A stretch of DNA of 32,000 nucleotides, from NCBI RefSeq assembly GCF_016863655.1, contig NZ_BOPH01000050.1, positions 25,665 through 57,664 on the forward strand, written 5' to 3'. The position numbers were made by a program, and so were the translations under genes. Of the stretch, positions 30,808 to 32,000 are shown piece by piece (position 1 is the first letter of the stretch; each line of letters begins with the position of its first letter). The notes below the pieces were generated by a model that did no database searches, was not told the DNA's origin, and worked only from the letters and a program-made list of their open reading frames with translations. This stretch comes from Virgisporangium ochraceum (GTDB taxonomy: Bacteria; Actinomycetota; Actinomycetes; Mycobacteriales; Micromonosporaceae).

Positions 30808-31311
30808 CTACTCGCCGATCACCCCGTCGATGCGCTCCCGCAGCAGGTCAGCGTGGCCCAGGTGCCGGGCGTACTCCTTGATGAGGTAGTGGTAGCTCCA
30901 GCGCACCGTGAACGGGCGCTCCGTGCCGAACCCGTCGTCGAGGCCGAGCTTGCCGAGCACCTCCCGCGACCATCCACAGTGGACGGCGAACGTGTCGAGG
31001 TCGTCGAACGCGGCCCCGGCGGACACGTCGTCGAAGTCGCCGTCGGGGCTGTCGTCGGTGCAGTAGAGGAGCCCGATGTCCGGCTCGGCCAGCTTGTGGA
31101 CGTACATCCGCTCCATCTCCACCAGGTGCCGCACCAGCCCGATCATCGACATGGGCGACGGCGGGCACGACTTCTCCGCCAGCTGCGCACCGTCGAGACC
31201 GGCGCACTTGTGCAGGATGCTCGCCCGGTAGTACTCGAGCCAGGCGTCCAACGACGCGCGCTCGTCGGCGACGCGGGGCGGGTCGATCCGGTCGACATCG
31301 GGAGCCGTCAT
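30808..31311 (-). CDS. DinB-family / DUF664 protein (mycothiol-dependent transferase-like four-helix bundle)
   Basis: Track ORF 167 aa: ERASLDAWLEYYRASILHKCAGLDGAQLAE...MSMIGLVRHLVEMERMY...WSYHYLIKEYARHLGHADLLRERIDG. Its ATG (31311..31309) overlaps the TetR stop (ATGA). Confidence 0.8.
   Translation of the reverse strand: MTAPDVDRIDPPRVADERASLDAWLEYYRASILHKCAGLDGAQLAEKSCPPSPMSMIGLVRHLVEMERMYVHKLAEPDIGLLYCTDDSPDGDFDDVSAGAAFDDLDTFAVHCGWSREVLGKLGLDDGFGTERPFTVRWSYHYLIKEYARHLGHADLLRERIDGVIGE
30973..30983. repeat. Iterated palindrome copy: TCCACAGTGGA
   Basis: Within the minus-strand DinB gene, in a different reading frame: gtc cac tgt gga tgg (V-H-C-G-W). Confidence 0.9.
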
Positions 31312-31886
31312 TCCGACACGCTACCGCCGTACGCGTTGAGGTAGAGCGCCAGGAACCGGTCCATCGCCTCCCGCACCCCGTCCTGGTCGCCGGTGGCGAG
31401 CAGGTCGAGCAGCAGTCCCCGCGTCACCGCGACACTCAACCGGGCCGTCGCACGCGCGTCCCCCGGCGGAACGCCGTTACGGACATTGAGGTCCGCGATC
31501 GGCGCGACCCACGACTCCACGACCCCCTCGAGCATCGCGGCCGTGTGCGGCCGCGACCGCAGCGCCTGGCTGTAGACCTCGAAGAAGAGCTTCTCGTACG
31601 GCCACATCGCCGGATCGGAGAGCCGTTCCCACAACCGCTGGCCCATCTCCACCGGCGGCAGCGACCCGTCGAGGTCGGCGAGGAACGCCCGCTGCCGGGC
31701 CTCGACCTCACGCACGACCGCGACGAGCAGCCCCTCCTTCGAGCCGAAGTGGTACACGAGCATGCGGTGGCTGGTGCCGAGCGCGGCGGCGAGCTGACGC
31801 AGGCTGACGTCGGCGATGCCGTGGTGTGCCGCGTATTCGACAGCCGCGTCCAGCAACGCGTCCCTTGCCTCACCCATGTACCACAT
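31308..31886 (-). CDS. TetR-family transcriptional regulator
   Basis: Track ORF 192 aa: ARDALLDAAVEYAAHHGIADVSLRQLAAALGTSHRMLVYHFGSKEGLLVAVV (TetR HTH). The start is ATG 31886 or, more likely, ATG 31877 (MGEARDALL). Confidence 0.9.
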   Translation of the reverse strand: MWYMGEARDALLDAAVEYAAHHGIADVSLRQLAAALGTSHRMLVYHFGSKEGLLVAVVREVEARQRAFLADLDGSLPPVEMGQRLWERLSDPAMWPYEKLFFEVYSQALRSRPHTAAMLEGVVESWVAPIADLNVRNGVPPGDARATARLSVAVTRGLLLDLLATGDQDGVREAMDRFLALYLNAYGGSVSE

Positions 31887-31906
31887 GGTACATGTACCAC
31901 ATGGTA
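31875..31906. promoter_or_regulatory. Tandem 16-bp repeat CATGTACCACATGGTA x2, creating the perfect 14-bp palindrome TGGTACATGTACCA (31886..31899); candidate TetR operator
   Basis: Units are at 31875..31890 and 31891..31906 and are identical. The repeat covers the possible start codons of both divergent genes. A TTGACA hexamer follows at 31912..31917. Confidence 0.55.
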
Positions 31907-32000
31907 CAGAAGATTGACAGGTCGGCGCGTTCGGCCGCCGACGCCACCACGGTGTACTCGCTGCTGGCCGACGGCACGACCTGGCCCGCCTGGTCGCCGC
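31901..32000 (+). CDS. SRPBCC-family (polyketide cyclase/dehydrase-like) protein, 5' end only
   Basis: My translation from ATG 31901 reads MVQKIDRSARSAADATTVYSLLADGTTWPAWSP..., resembling the usual SRPBCC N-terminus (VYxLLADxxxWPxWxP). It runs off the right edge. ATG 31892 is an alternative in-frame start. Confidence 0.55.
   Translation, partial: MVQKIDRSARSAADATTVYSLLADGTTWPAWSP

Noticed and set aside
11330-30983. The CACAGTG core of the iterated palindrome equals the V(D)J recombination-signal heptamer
   Set aside because: Coincidental. There is no associated nonamer or spacer structure, and no biological rationale in a bacterium. The bacterial signal is the longer palindrome CCAC-N-GTGG.
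1-32000. Search for CRISPR arrays, tRNA/rRNA genes, insertion sequences, integrases and prophage genes
   Set aside because: I saw no regularly spaced direct repeats, no cloverleaf-like or rRNA-like low-GC structured stretches, and no transposase, integrase or phage motifs in any plausible frame. The only repeats are the short tandem duplications and palindromes reported above.

Overview
High-G+C (about 70-73% by eye) actinomycete chromosomal DNA, densely coding, with many antisense shadow ORFs in the six-frame track. I found no rRNA, tRNA, CRISPR array, transposase or integrase. I support about 22 genes.

Left to right:
- A SARP/NB-ARC regulator that runs off the left edge, and an MFS exporter.
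- A GntR-controlled acyl-CoA catabolic set: racemase-like CoA-transferase, acyl-CoA dehydrogenase, MpaB-type oxygenase, BAAT-type thioesterase.
- A truncated YafY-like HTH protein, a membrane-anchored Hsp70-like ATPase, a beta-propeller protein, a DUF559 protein and an amidohydrolase-2 enzyme.
- The centrepiece: a MarR gene overlapping by ATGA a single 10.2-kb ORF (12673..22884). The ORF encodes a hybrid synthase with the order FAAL-ACP-KS-(AT missing)-KR-ACP-C-A-PCP-C-X.
- Downstream, a GntR regulator and a DgdA-like class-III aminotransferase.
- A rearranged glxA / cslZ(GH6) / cslA hyphal-glycan locus.
- About 0.6 kb that I cannot assign, then a DinB-TetR pair and the start of an SRPBCC gene.

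The two most interesting signals:
1. The megasynthase has no TE or SDR-type R domain. It ends in a domain that, from memory, resembles cyanobacterial acyl-ACP reductase (AAR) and carries a candidate acyl-accepting Cys. Its AT core is deleted. Its A-domain specificity code is one I do not recognise.
2. A short palindrome, CCAC-N-GTGG, often extended to (G)TCCAC-N-GTGGA(C), occurs 11 times between 11.3 and 31 kb. Most copies lie inside genes. Several force rare ACA/ACT Thr codons.

Several perfect palindromic candidate operators and hairpin terminators are also listed. All functional calls come from motif recognition by eye. No database search was run.
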